A stretch of 64,000 bases of DNA, taken from NCBI RefSeq assembly GCF_009914755.1, contig NC_060943.1, one strand, 5' to 3'. A program made the position numbers and the translations under genes. Positions 36,201 through 57,759 of this stretch are shown piece by piece; the stretch's first letter is position 1; each line of letters begins with the position of its first letter. The notes under the pieces were generated by a model. The model searched no databases. It was not told the DNA's origin and saw only the letters and a list, made by a program, of their open reading frames with translations. Origin of the DNA: the human T2T-CHM13v2.0 reference genome, Homo sapiens.

Positions 36201-36914
36201 GTGGGTATGATTTAGAAGTTTCATTTATGATGAATCTGACAAGATCGAGGTTAAGAAACAAAGCCAGAGGAAACCACAGGCTCAGAGGCCAGGGAAGTTC
36301 TGGGAAATTCCCCATGCAGTGTGAGAGGATTTGAGAAACAGGAGGGAGTCTTGGGGCATTTGTGAAGGCGATTTCTTAGAAAGAAACACAGGACTGGTCG
36401 GGTGAGCTTTGCTCCGTCCTTTGGCCCATGTTTTAAGCAGATCAAATGGTATCATTAGCCCTTGGGGGTATAAAATATCAACTAATCAGCAGTCCTCTTT
36501 TCTTTTTTTAAACATTTTTATTATTTTTTTTTAACATAGAGTCTCACTGTGTCACCCAGGCTGGAGTGCAGTGGCGTGATCATGGCTCACTGCAGCCTCG
36601 ACCTCCTTCCTAGGCTGAAGCAATCCTCCCACTTCAGCCTCCCAAGTAGCGTGACTAAAAGCACACACCACCATGCCCAACTAATTTTTTTGTTTTTTTA
36701 ACTTTTTGGTAGAGACAGGGGCCTCTCCATGTTGGCCAGCCTGGTCTCAAACTCCTGGGGTCAAGCAATCCTCCCACGTTAGCCTCCCAAAATGTTGGGA
36801 TTACAGGTGTGAGCCACTGCACCAGCTATGCCCACATTTTTCTAGGTCAATGATACGGAATAAAAAGAAAGAGAGACTAGTTTCTGCTCTCAAGCAGTTT
36901 ATATTTTAGAGTCA

Positions 36915-37365
<451 letters not shown>

Positions 37366-37379
37366 AACCCCTGTGGATA

Positions 37380-37565
37380 TGCACATATAGGGGGTTAGAG
37401 AAGGGAAGAGAGAGAGAGATTTTAAGAAATTTCCTCTCATGGCCGCGCCCGGTGGCTCACGCCTGTAATCCCAGAACTTTAGGAGGCCGAGGCGGGCGGA
37501 TCATGAGGTCAGGAGATCGAGACCATCCTGGCTAACACAGTGAAACCCCGTCTCTACTAAAAATA

Positions 37566-37598
<33 letters not shown>

Positions 37599-37865
37599 AA
37601 AGAAAAAAAGAAAAAAAAAAGAAAAAAAAAGGAATTGTCTCACATGATTGATGGGACTGGCAAGTCTGAAATCTGCAGGGCAGGCTGGACACCCCGGGGA
37701 GAGTTGTTGAATCTGAAGTCAGAGACTAGAGGCAGGACTCCTTCTCCCTGTGGAGGATTTCAGTCTTTTTCTCTTAAAGCCATCAACTGATTGGTTGAGG
37801 CCCACCCACATTATGGAGGATCTCCCAGGGACTTTACCCAAAGTCTGCTGATTTAAATGTTAGTC
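37380..37865 (-). mobile_element. MLT2-type ERVL LTR fragment with an inserted Alu left monomer
   Basis: ggcaagtctgaaatctgcagggcaggctgg; caactgattggttgaggcccacccacattatggagg. Confidence 0.65.
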
Positions 37866-38149
37866 CCTAAGCCAGGCGCTGTGGCTGTAATCCCAGCACT
37901 TTGGGAGGTCGAGGCAGGTGGATCCCCTGAGGTCAGGAGTTTGAGACCAGCCTGGGCAACATGGTGAAACCCCATCTCTACTAAAAATACAAAAATTAGC
38001 CAGGTGCAGTGGCGCATGCCTGTAATCCCAGCTACTCAGGAGGCTGAGGCAGGAGAATCTTTTGAACCCAGGAGGCGGAGGTTGCAGTGAGCTGAGATCT
38101 TTCGGCCTCCCAAAGTGCAGGGATTACAGGTGTGAGCCACTGTGCCCAG

Positions 38150-43699
<5,550 letters not shown>

Positions 43700-43700
<1 letters not shown>

Positions 43701-44182
43701 TAAATTTATCAAAGGGAAATTGTCTAGGTGAGCCTGAGTTAATCACACAAACTCTATAAATCTGAATGTAGAAGTCAAATATCAAGAAAGTCAGAAGCCA
43801 GAGAGATTCAGACCTTGAGAAGGATTTGACCTGTCGTTGCTGGCTTTAAAGGTGGTAAGGACCACATGAAAAAAACCCAAGAACATCTTCTAGGAGCAGA
43901 GTGATCCCTGGCTAACAATGAGCTAAAAAAACAGGGGCCTCAGTTCTACACTGCAAGGAACTGAATTCTGCCAACAACACTAATGAGTTTGAACACAATT
44001 CTTCCCCAGACTCCAGATGAAAACACGGCTTGGTCAACTCCTTGATTGTATAACCCTGAGAATAGAACCCATATAAATCTTGCCCAGATTCCTGATGAAG
44101 ACACCATGAAAATAATGAATGAGTGTTGTTTCAAGCCACTAAGTTTGTGATGATTTGTTACACGGCAGTAGCTAACTAATAC
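43700..44182 (+). mobile_element. MLT1 (MLT1D/E-like) MaLR LTR
   Basis: gcaaggaactgaattctgccaacaac; ends aagccactaagtttgtgatgatttgttacacggcagtagctaactaataca. Confidence 0.75.
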
Positions 44183-44549
44183 AGAGTTATGTGGCTAACC
44201 TGTTGATTGGGATCAACAGTCTTATTTTGCAAAGATACTTCAGAACCATGGACAGTGGAACGCATGCCAGGGGAGAGCTGATTGGCTGGATTAGTTAACA
44301 TCCAAACTGGAGTGATCCTATTGGACAATCTTTGACCTAGCCACTGATCCCTGGTCCAGTCAGATTTTGTTAGGGTCTACAGACTCAACTTCTCTGCCAA
44401 CCATGAAGATGGTGCCTCAGGAGTCCTGTAAGGTCTTGAGTGAACAAGTCTCTGCCTAGTTCTTCAGAAGGTTATTGCACCACCCTCTTCCTCATCTACA
44501 TTAGCCTCCTTTGGCTTCTCCTTCCCACTTCCCAGCTATTGCCCAGTGA

Positions 44550-45783
<1,234 letters not shown>

Positions 45784-46419
45784 GTAATTTTTTTTTGTTG
45801 AGATGGAGTCTCACTCTGTCACCTGGGCTGGAGTGCAGTAGTGCAATCTTGGCTCACTGCAACTTCTGCCTCCTAGGTTCAGTGATTCTCCTGCCTTAGC
45901 CTCCCAAGTAACTGGGATTACAGGTGCCTGACACTACACTCAGCTAATTTTTTGTGTTTTTAGTAAAGATGGGGTTTCACCATGTTGGCCAGGAAGGTCT
46001 TGAACTCCTGACCTCAAGTGATCCTCCCACCTTGGACTCCTAATGTGCTGGGATTACAGGCATGAGCCACCATGCCTGGCCTGATATCTCTGAAATTTAA
46101 AAACTATTTAGAATCTCACTGGGACTTATGTGCTTTCATTGCTAATGATCTGCTGCTAAACCTGTATAAGCCCCTTCCCTCTAGGCTCAGGGACTGTCAC
46201 ATAAGAGGTGGGCATGTGAGATTGTAAGGGCCAAATTTGAGGGATAGAATTATTTCAGACCCTCCTACTCAAGCATGGGCACACAGATGCCCAAACATCT
46301 GCCAAAATAAGACTGTGTCTTGGCCTACTATGTTGCCTCTCTCCATCCATCCCAACCATAAAAAGTTTTGCTCTCCATAGAATTAAACAAAAATTACGGA
46401 AAGATATCCAGATACCTGG

Positions 46420-46764
46420 TGTATTAGTCTGTTTTCATGCTGCTGGTAAAGACAGACCCAATTCTGGGTAATTTATACAGGAAAAAGGATTTACAGTTCC
46501 ACGTGTCTGGGGCAGCCTCACAATCATGAAGGAAGGCAAGAAGGAGCAAGTCACGTCTTACATGGATGGCAGCAGGCAAAAAGAGAGCTTGTACAGGGAA
46601 ACCCTGTTTTTAAAACCATCAGATCTCATGAGACTTATTCACTATCATGAGAACAGCATGGGAAAGACCTGCCCCCATGATTCAATTGCCTCCCACCAGG
46701 TACCTCTCACAATGTGTGGGAATTCAAGATGAGATTTGGGTGGTGACACAGCCAAACAATATCA
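46420..46764 (-). mobile_element. THE1 MaLR solo LTR
   Basis: - strand TGATATTGTTTGGCTGTGTC...CTAATACA; 5-bp TSD CCTGG at 46415-46419 and 46765-46769. Confidence 0.92.
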
Positions 46765-47574
46765 CCTGGTGACAAAGCCTTCTGGATATAGTGCTCCCAG
46801 TAATAAAATGATGCCAATTATATAAACAATTTTATCAGCCACCTTAGGAGGAATTACTAAAAAGACTACAAAAAGCCTTGCAGCACATTGAAAGTCTCTA
46901 AATTCCTTAGCTTAAATGGTTTTAGGAAAATGCTTATGTTTTGTATAGCTAATTACTACAAGCGTGTAACTACAACCAAGATTACAGTAGCTCAATGCAT
47001 AGAACTTAAATAGATGCCAATTTTATAACCTCGCCTTTTGGCATTTGATTTTTGGCTCTCATGTTACCTAAAGGGTTCCCAGGGTTAATGAGAACCTGCC
47101 CACCGCTATTCCCATCTGGCCTGGAATATTTAGTTGGCTATAAACATTTTGACTCCAAATCCCTTGGGCATGGGGTCCCACCGAGGGACATGTTGGGCCT
47201 GGGTAGGCAGACACACCACCCCAGCAATAATATGGGACAAAATAGAAGTTTGGCCATCGATGTTGCATCTGGCATATAATGACCAAAAAAAGGGGGAATG
47301 TAAACTGATAATTAAATCCCAAGCTCCCTCTTCCCACTGCTACTGACAGAATGGATCCCTCCTTGGCCAAGGGAAGCCCCTGTAAAAAACCTTAAAAACT
47401 TAGTTCCCAGACATAATGGGATGGGAGGCCAGGCATACCTTCTTTTTGTGGTTTAGACACAAAAACTGACCACCATTAATGGTCAAATAAAAATCACAAG
47501 ACAGAACAGGCTTTCTGTAACAATAAGATAGCGAATTAAGCCAGGTATGGTGGCGTGCACCTGTAGTATCAGGT

Positions 47575-48037
47575 TGCCAGGTCCGATCTGTGGACCCTGA
47601 CCCAGTGATGGATGAAAGACGTACACTGACACAGACATTTTGCCTGTCAGTGTGGCTAAGGGGCTCTGCTGCCTGAGTCCACAGCATTGGCCTCGATAAA
47701 CTGGCGAAGTTTGCATTTATTTAGTACAGATTAAATGACAAATGTCTCAAGTAAACACCACTGGAGGGTAATTAACATTGCTGACCTCCTGAGTAGAGAG
47801 CAGTCATGCACCCGCAGATGACCAAAGGTCAGTCTTAGGACCACATGAGTAAACAAGCTATTTAGATAAATTCCTCTACATTCCTATGTATCTACGCCCT
47901 AAGCTTTTAAGAGAATTCAGCTGCCTCCAGCCAAATCTTTTACTGAAGTGATGCAAACCACCCGGCCTTCCAAGAAAGTTTGTGTCTATTTCCTATAACT
48001 CTATAATTTCTCCCACCACCCTGACCAATCTCCTACA
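47575..48037 (-). mobile_element. LTR22 (HERV-K HML-5) solo LTR inserted in an Alu monomer
   Basis: - strand TGTAGGAGATTGGTCAGGGTGGTGGGAGAAATTATAG...CCTGGCA; 6-bp TSD tcaggt/ccaggt (one mismatch). Confidence 0.82.
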
Positions 48038-48361
48038 CCAGGTATTTGGGAGACTGAGGTGGGAAGATAGCTTGAGCCTGGGAGTTCGAGGCTACAGTGA
48101 GCTATGACTGTGCCACTCCAGTCCATCCTGCGTGACAGAGCAAGATCGTGTTTCAAAAAAAAAAAAAAAGATACCAAATTATAAACAGAACCTAAGACCA
48201 TGCCAGCAAAGGTTAAATCACACACTCCTTCACTTAAAAAGTAAACTATGTTCATCCCAGCACTTTGGGAGGCTGGGGTGGGCAGATCATGAGGTCAGGA
48301 GATCAAAACCATCCTGGCTAACATGGGGAAACCCCATCTCTACTGAAAATACAAAAAATTA

Positions 48362-48595
<234 letters not shown>

Positions 48596-48787
48596 TTAAA
48601 GCACTTTGCAGCTCCACTGGATGCTAACTGACCACCAGCCATAACTATGGCTTTAATTAGGCAAGAGACTTATTTCAGTAACTTTTTCCTGATGAAGAAA
48701 CCACTGACCACGGGCTAGATCTGGCTGGTTTACAGAAATTGCAAGCTTGTGTGCCTTTTTGTCCTGAAAAGAACTTTTGATCTATAG

Positions 48788-49018
<231 letters not shown>

Positions 49019-49162
49019 TAGTAGAGACGGGGTTTCACTGTGTTAGCCAGGATGGTCTCGATCTCCTGACCTCATGATCCACCCGCTTCTGCCTCCGAAA
49101 GTGCTGGGATTATAGGCGTGAGCCACCGCACCCAGCTTTCTTTTCTTTTCTTTTCTTTTTGA

Positions 49163-49264
<102 letters not shown>

Positions 49265-49459
49265 TGAGTAGCTGGGACTACAGGCACAGGAAAACTCCTG
49301 TTTTTAAAACCATCAGATCTCGTGAGACTTATTCACTATCACTTATAGCCCCACTATGCCCAGCTAATTTTTTTTTTGTATTTTTAGTAGAGGTGGGGTT
49401 TCACCATGTTGGTCAGGCTGGTCTGAAACTCCTGACGTCAAATGATCCACCCACCTTAA

Positions 49460-49858
<399 letters not shown>

Positions 49859-49977
49859 TAGTAGAGACGGGGTTTCACCATGTTAGCCAGGATGGTCTTG
49901 ATCTCCTGACCTCGTGATCTGCCCGCCTCAGCCTCCCAAAGTGCTGGGATTACAGGCGTGAGCCACCACACCCGGCT

Positions 49978-52385
<2,408 letters not shown>

Positions 52386-52594
52386 GTGTAAGCCCAGGGA
52401 CTTGTGAATCCTTTCAACTTCAGGTGGATAGGTGTCTACCCCATGGCTGCCTAATTATGCCCCTTTTCAGCAGGAAGTAGCCAGAATGGATGCATCACCT
52501 GTTTTCCATAGAAATGGAATGGAGTTTGATGGTGGGGATTTCGTAACTGGGGACTTCAGTTTAAAAATATATTTTATTTATTAATTTTTTTATT

Positions 52595-52693
52595 AGGATA
52601 GTCAAGTGAAGCAGTGGGAGTGGAGAAGGAACAAAGAAATATGTAACTGGTTGTGAACAATTAGTTGTAAACACCACTGCACTTGGACCAGCC
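52595..52693 (-). pseudogene. Full-length Y3 RNA (RNY3) retropseudogene
   Basis: Reverse complement GGCTGGTCCAAGTGCAGTGGTGTTTACAACTAATTGTTCACAACCAGTTACATATTTCTTTGTTCCTTCTCCACTCCCACTGCTTCACTTGACTATCCT, about 4 substitutions from hY3; A-rich tail and an imperfect TSD (taaaaatatatttta / taaaaagattttaa). Confidence 0.95.
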
Positions 52694-52829
52694 TAAAAAG
52701 ATTTTAATTGCCGGGTGCGGTGGCTCATGCGTGCATTCCCAGCACTTTGGAAGGCTGAGGTGGGCAGATCACCTGAGGTCAGGAGTTCAAGATCAGCCTG
52801 GCCAACATGGTGAAACCCTGCCTCTACTA

Positions 52830-53030
<201 letters not shown>

Positions 53031-53043
53031 TTATAAGTATATC

Positions 53044-53091
<48 letters not shown>

Positions 53092-53429
53092 CACACATAT
53101 ATACTTTTAATCACCCTCCTCTCCTCTCACCTCTTCATTCCTTCCCTCTCTAGATACTCCCTTCTGGCAATGCATGCTTATCTAATTAGGCACTTCCTTG
53201 AGAAATTCCAGAGGCTAATCTTAAAACAAACCAGGCAAATCAGGAGCCCTGATTACAGAATCCTTTCACTTAGGGAGAGCCACTAATACTAATGGTTAGT
53301 CCACCATCATTTGGACAAAGTCAAGATAATACCAACCAGACCCCTGAACAGACGACAACCCAAGTTAGCCATTGGAACAAGACACACAGACCCCATACCG
53401 TGCACCATTCTACTCCACATCTCCCATAC

Positions 53430-54069
53430 TGAAGTGGCATTGTTGTCTGGGGTAAATACCTGGGAGTCGTCCTCTTGCACCAAGAAGATTAACAATATGG
53501 ACACACACACATGGAATGGGTTAAGAAGCAGAAAGTTTAATAGGCAGAAGAAAGGAGAGAAGAGGAGCAGCTCTCTCCCTCTTTCGAGAGAGAGGTGTCT
53601 AAAAAGGAAAAAGTGGTGGACCTCATCAGATTTTACAGGCAGGCTTGAGAAGGAGGTGTCTGACTTATGTAAGGCCCACAGATTGGTTCGACCAGGTGTG
53701 ATGTTTACATGGTGCGTGGGGAAGGCTGGTTGCCCCACCCTAATCTTATCATGCAAATGGCTTTCTGCTTGGTCAGTGCCATCTTGTCTGCCTCTTACTG
53801 TACATGTGGCTGGCAAAGAGAAGAGAAGACGGAGCTGCCATTTTGAGCATGCCTATTCCCGAGTAGTTTCTTCCTATTGGCACAACTGCCAGCATTCACC
53901 TGTGCAAACTTCTAGCTTTTTTGTCTATGTCTGCCACTCGATTTTACAGGCTGCTCTTTGCTAGAGAAGAAAATGATTTGGGGGCTGCTTTTCATTAAGA
54001 GGAAGACCTTACCGAGGACCCCCATATCTCCCTATCTGCCTAAGTAATTTCTTCTTAACTCCTATATCA
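53430..54069 (-). mobile_element. LTR9/MER61-type ERV1 solo LTR
   Basis: - strand TGATATAGGAGTTAAGAAGAAATTACTTAGGCAGATAG...GCCACTTCA; 4-bp TSD ATAC at 53426-53429 and 54070-54073. Confidence 0.8.
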
Positions 54070-54253
54070 ATACCAAGCTTTCCTGTAAAATCCCTATGGT
54101 AAGATTTTAAAATTTAAGATGATGTTTAAGACTATAGTCTCCCATCTTCCCAGTCTGCTGGCTCTCTGATTAAACCTGCTTTTCCTTCCTCCAATCCTTG
54201 TCTCTTGAGTCTGGCTTTCAAATGATGAGCAGCCAAACCTGGGTTCGTTTACA

Positions 54254-56533
54254 CAAGTCCTGAACCACATGACTGTTTCCCTAACACACATAGCATCTTC
54301 CCCCTTTCCTCAGATTTCTATTCTTCCAGTTCCAAACCCAGGCCACGCTTGGTTTATCGATGGCAGTGCTTCTAAACCCAATCAATTTTCACCAGCTAAA
54401 GCTGGATATGATGTCGTGTCCCACATCTTTATTATCGAAGCTGCTGCACTTCCTCCCTCCACCACTTCCCAACAAGCCAAACTAATTGCTTTAACTCGTG
54501 AGCTCTCTCTTGCTAACAGAATGCACATTAACATTTACACTGACTCCAATATGCTTTCCACATCCTCCATAACCATGCTGCCCTCTGGGCTGAAAGAGGC
54601 TTCTTTACCACACAAGGCTCTTCCATGATCAATGCCTCCCTAATAAAGGCCCTCCTTAAGGCTGCTCTCCCGCCGGCCATGGCTGGAGTCATTCATTGTA
54701 AAGGACACCAGAAACCTACTGATCTTATTGCAAAAGGAAATGCCTATGTCGACAGGACAGCAAAAGAAATAGCCAATGCCTCCACATCTGCCAATATTCC
54801 AGCCCCCGCTCCAGAGGGCCAGTATTTTTCTTTCTCCTCTATCACTCCCACCTACTCTTCTTCTGGAAACCTGCTCTACCAGTCTTTTCCAACTCAGGGC
54901 AAGTGGTTCTTAAATCACGGAAAATTCATTCTTCCTGCCTCACAAGCTCAGTTCATTCTTTCTTTCCTTCATGACCACCTCCATGTGGGATACAAGTCTC
55001 TGGCTCGCCTCCTACAGCCCCTCATCTCCTTCCCTCTGTGGAAATCCATCCTTAAGACCATCACCTCTCAATGCTCTGTCTGCCATGCCACCAGCCCCCA
55101 AGGCTTTCTCAGGCCTCCTCCTTTTCCTATGCATCAGGCTCGTGGATTTACTCCGACACAAGATTGGCAAATTGACTTTTCTCATATGCCCCATGTCCGT
55201 AAATTTAAATATCTCCTGGTTTGGGTCGATACCTTCACCGGATGAGTTGAGGCTTTTCCCACTAGCTCCGAAAAGGGTACTGCCATCATCTCTTCCCTTC
55301 TAACAGATATAATTCCCCGATTTGGCCTCCCTGCTTCTATTCAATCTGACAATGGTCCCGCCTTTATTAGTCAAATCACCCAAGCAGTTTCTCAGGCTCT
55401 TGGTATTCAGTGGAAACTTCATACCCCTTACCGTCCTCAATCTTCAGGAAAGGTAGAACAGACGAATGGTCTTTTAAAAACACACCTCACCAAGCTCAGC
55501 CTCCAACTTAAGTACTTCTACCACTTGCCCTCCTCAGAATTAGGGCCTGTCCTCGAGAGGCCACAGGGTACAGTCCATTTGAACTTTTATATGGACGCAC
55601 TTTCTTGCTGGGCCCCAACCTCATCCTAGACACCAGCCCTCTAGGCGGCTATCTTCCAGTCCTCCAGCAGGCTAGACAGGAAATTCACCGGGCTGCTAAT
55701 CTTCTCTTGCCTACTCCAGATTCCTAGCCATATGAAGATACCTCTTTTAGTACATCCTCTCATCTTTTCACTTTACATTTCCAGTTTTGCCTTACACAAG
55801 GTCTCTTTTTCCTTCGTGGCTTCTCCACCTACATGTGTTTAGCTGTTAATTGGACAGGCACATGTACACTAGTTTTCCTTACTCCCAAAAATCAATTTGC
55901 ATATGGGACCGAACAGCTTCCTGTTCCCCTCATGACACCAACATTTCACTGCTGTTTTGTTTTTCTTACTATTAATATAAGAAGACAGGAATAGGCCTGA
56001 ACTTGCTCACTGCTGAAAAAGGAAGACTCTGCATATTTTTAAATGAAGACTGTTGTTTTTACCTAAATCTATCTGGCCTGGTATATGACAACATAAAAAC
56101 ACTCAAGGACAGAGCCCAGAAACTCGCCAGTCAAGCAAATAATTATGCTGAACCACTTTGGGCACTCTCTAGTTGGATATCCTGGGTCCTCCCTTAGTCC
56201 TTAAATACCTGTTTTTCTCCTTCCCTTATTCAGACCTTGTATCTTCCGTTTAGTTTCTCAATTCCTACAAAACCACACCCAGGCCATCAGCAATCATTCT
56301 ATATGACAAATGCTCCTTCCAACAACCCCACAATATCATCCCTTACCCCAAAATCTTTCTTCAGTTTAATCTCTCCCACTCTAGGTTCCCACGCCACCCC
56401 TAATCCCACTCGAAGCAGCCCTGAGAAACATCGCCCATTATCTCTCCATACCACCCCCCCAAAAACTTTTTGCCACCCCAACACTTCACCACTATTTTGT
56501 TTTGTTTTTCCTATTAATATAAGAAGACAGTAA
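54254..56533 (+). mobile_element. HERV-H internal region, 3' half: RNase H, integrase, partial env TM
   Basis: WFIDGS...YTDS and HCKGHQK (RNase H); HDHLH..CSVC zinc finger, WQIDF, SDNG...KVE (integrase); LLTAEKGRLCIFLNEDCCFY (env TM CX6CC); PPT-like aagaagacagtaa directly before the LTR. Confidence 0.92.
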
Positions 56534-56945
56534 TGTCAGGCCTCTGAGCTGAAGCTAAGCCATCATAACCCCTGTGACCTGCACGTATACATTCAGATGG
56601 CCTGGAGCAACTCAAGAACCACAAAAGAGGACATTTCACTATTGTGATTTGTTCCTGCCCCACCCCAACTAATCAATCAATCAACCTTGTGACATTCCTT
56701 CTCCTGGACAATGAGTCTCATGATCTCCCCACCGCACCTTGTGACCCCGCCCCTGCCCCCAAGAGATAACCACCTTTAACTGTAATTTTCCACTACCTAC
56801 CCAAATCCTATAAAACTGCCCCACCCCATCTCCCTTTGCTGACACTCTTTTTGGACTCAGTCCACTTGCACCCAAGGGAAATAAGCAGCCTCGTTGCTCA
56901 CACAAAGCCTGTTGGTGGACTCTCTTCACATGGGTGTGTGTGACA
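56534..56945 (+). mobile_element. LTR7-family (LTR7C/LTR7B-like) 3' LTR of HERV-H
   Basis: Begins TGTCAGGCCTCTGAGCTGAAGCTAAGCC, TATA-like cctataaaac ~56807, ends ctcttcacatgggtgtgtgtgaCA. Confidence 0.9.
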
Positions 56946-57759
56946 GGATAGTCCTATTCTACCCTCCTTGCAATAGTCTTTTTGAATAAAGTCTTCCCTT
57001 GCTAAATTCAGATTTGTTTTTTATTTGACAGAGTAATGGTCGGTGCACATAAAAGACTAAGCATGCACAAAAGTGTGCACACAAAGATAAAGGCTGGGTG
57101 TGTGCACTTGAGGAGGCTGTGCTCAGTGTATGTGTGTGTGTGTGTGTTTATGGGTACTGGTGGTAGGTGGTTTTTGAGTTGCATATGCATCTGAGAGTCC
57201 AGATAGTCTCTGAATGTAAAGAAAGCTTGGTCTTGTCTGGGCTTGTCTGGGCTTGCCCCCTGAGCGGATGAGACACACCCCGTCTCAGCCTATTTGAATA
57301 ACGGCAAAGTGTTAAGCCAATTCTCAGGGAGGAAACAATCTTGCAAATACAATATCATCTTGGGGCTGGAGGAGAGAAGAATCTGCCACAGGTCTGCCAG
57401 TGGAAGTGTTTGCCTTCTCTGGGTCTTGTGTGGTCCCATCAGAGAACCAGGGTATATAAGACAGACACCAGAGAACAGCTTCACTAAGACCAGAAGACCC
57501 CAGCACCCTCTTCCAGAATGCCCTGGGTCTTGCATGGCCCCCATGGGGAAACCAGGGTATATATGAGAAAGACGTCAGAGAACAGTTTCACTAAGACTGG
57601 AAGAGCTTACTTCCCTCTTCCAGAATGCAGTATTTGGAGCAGGAGAATCTGCTCTTTAATAGCTTTCAGCTACACAGGTTTCAGTTCCTCAAAGGCTGCA
57701 CTTCTGACGTTGAGAAGTCAGAACATAGTAATATCTGCATGAACATTGCAGCATTACTA

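Noticed and set aside
35420-36215. Hydrophobic Leu/Ser-rich ORFs resembling membrane proteins
   Set aside because: Translations of (TC)n/(TCTA)n.
53307-53964. 217-aa and 169-aa ORFs
   Set aside because: They cross an LTR-in-LTR junction and show no protein-family features.
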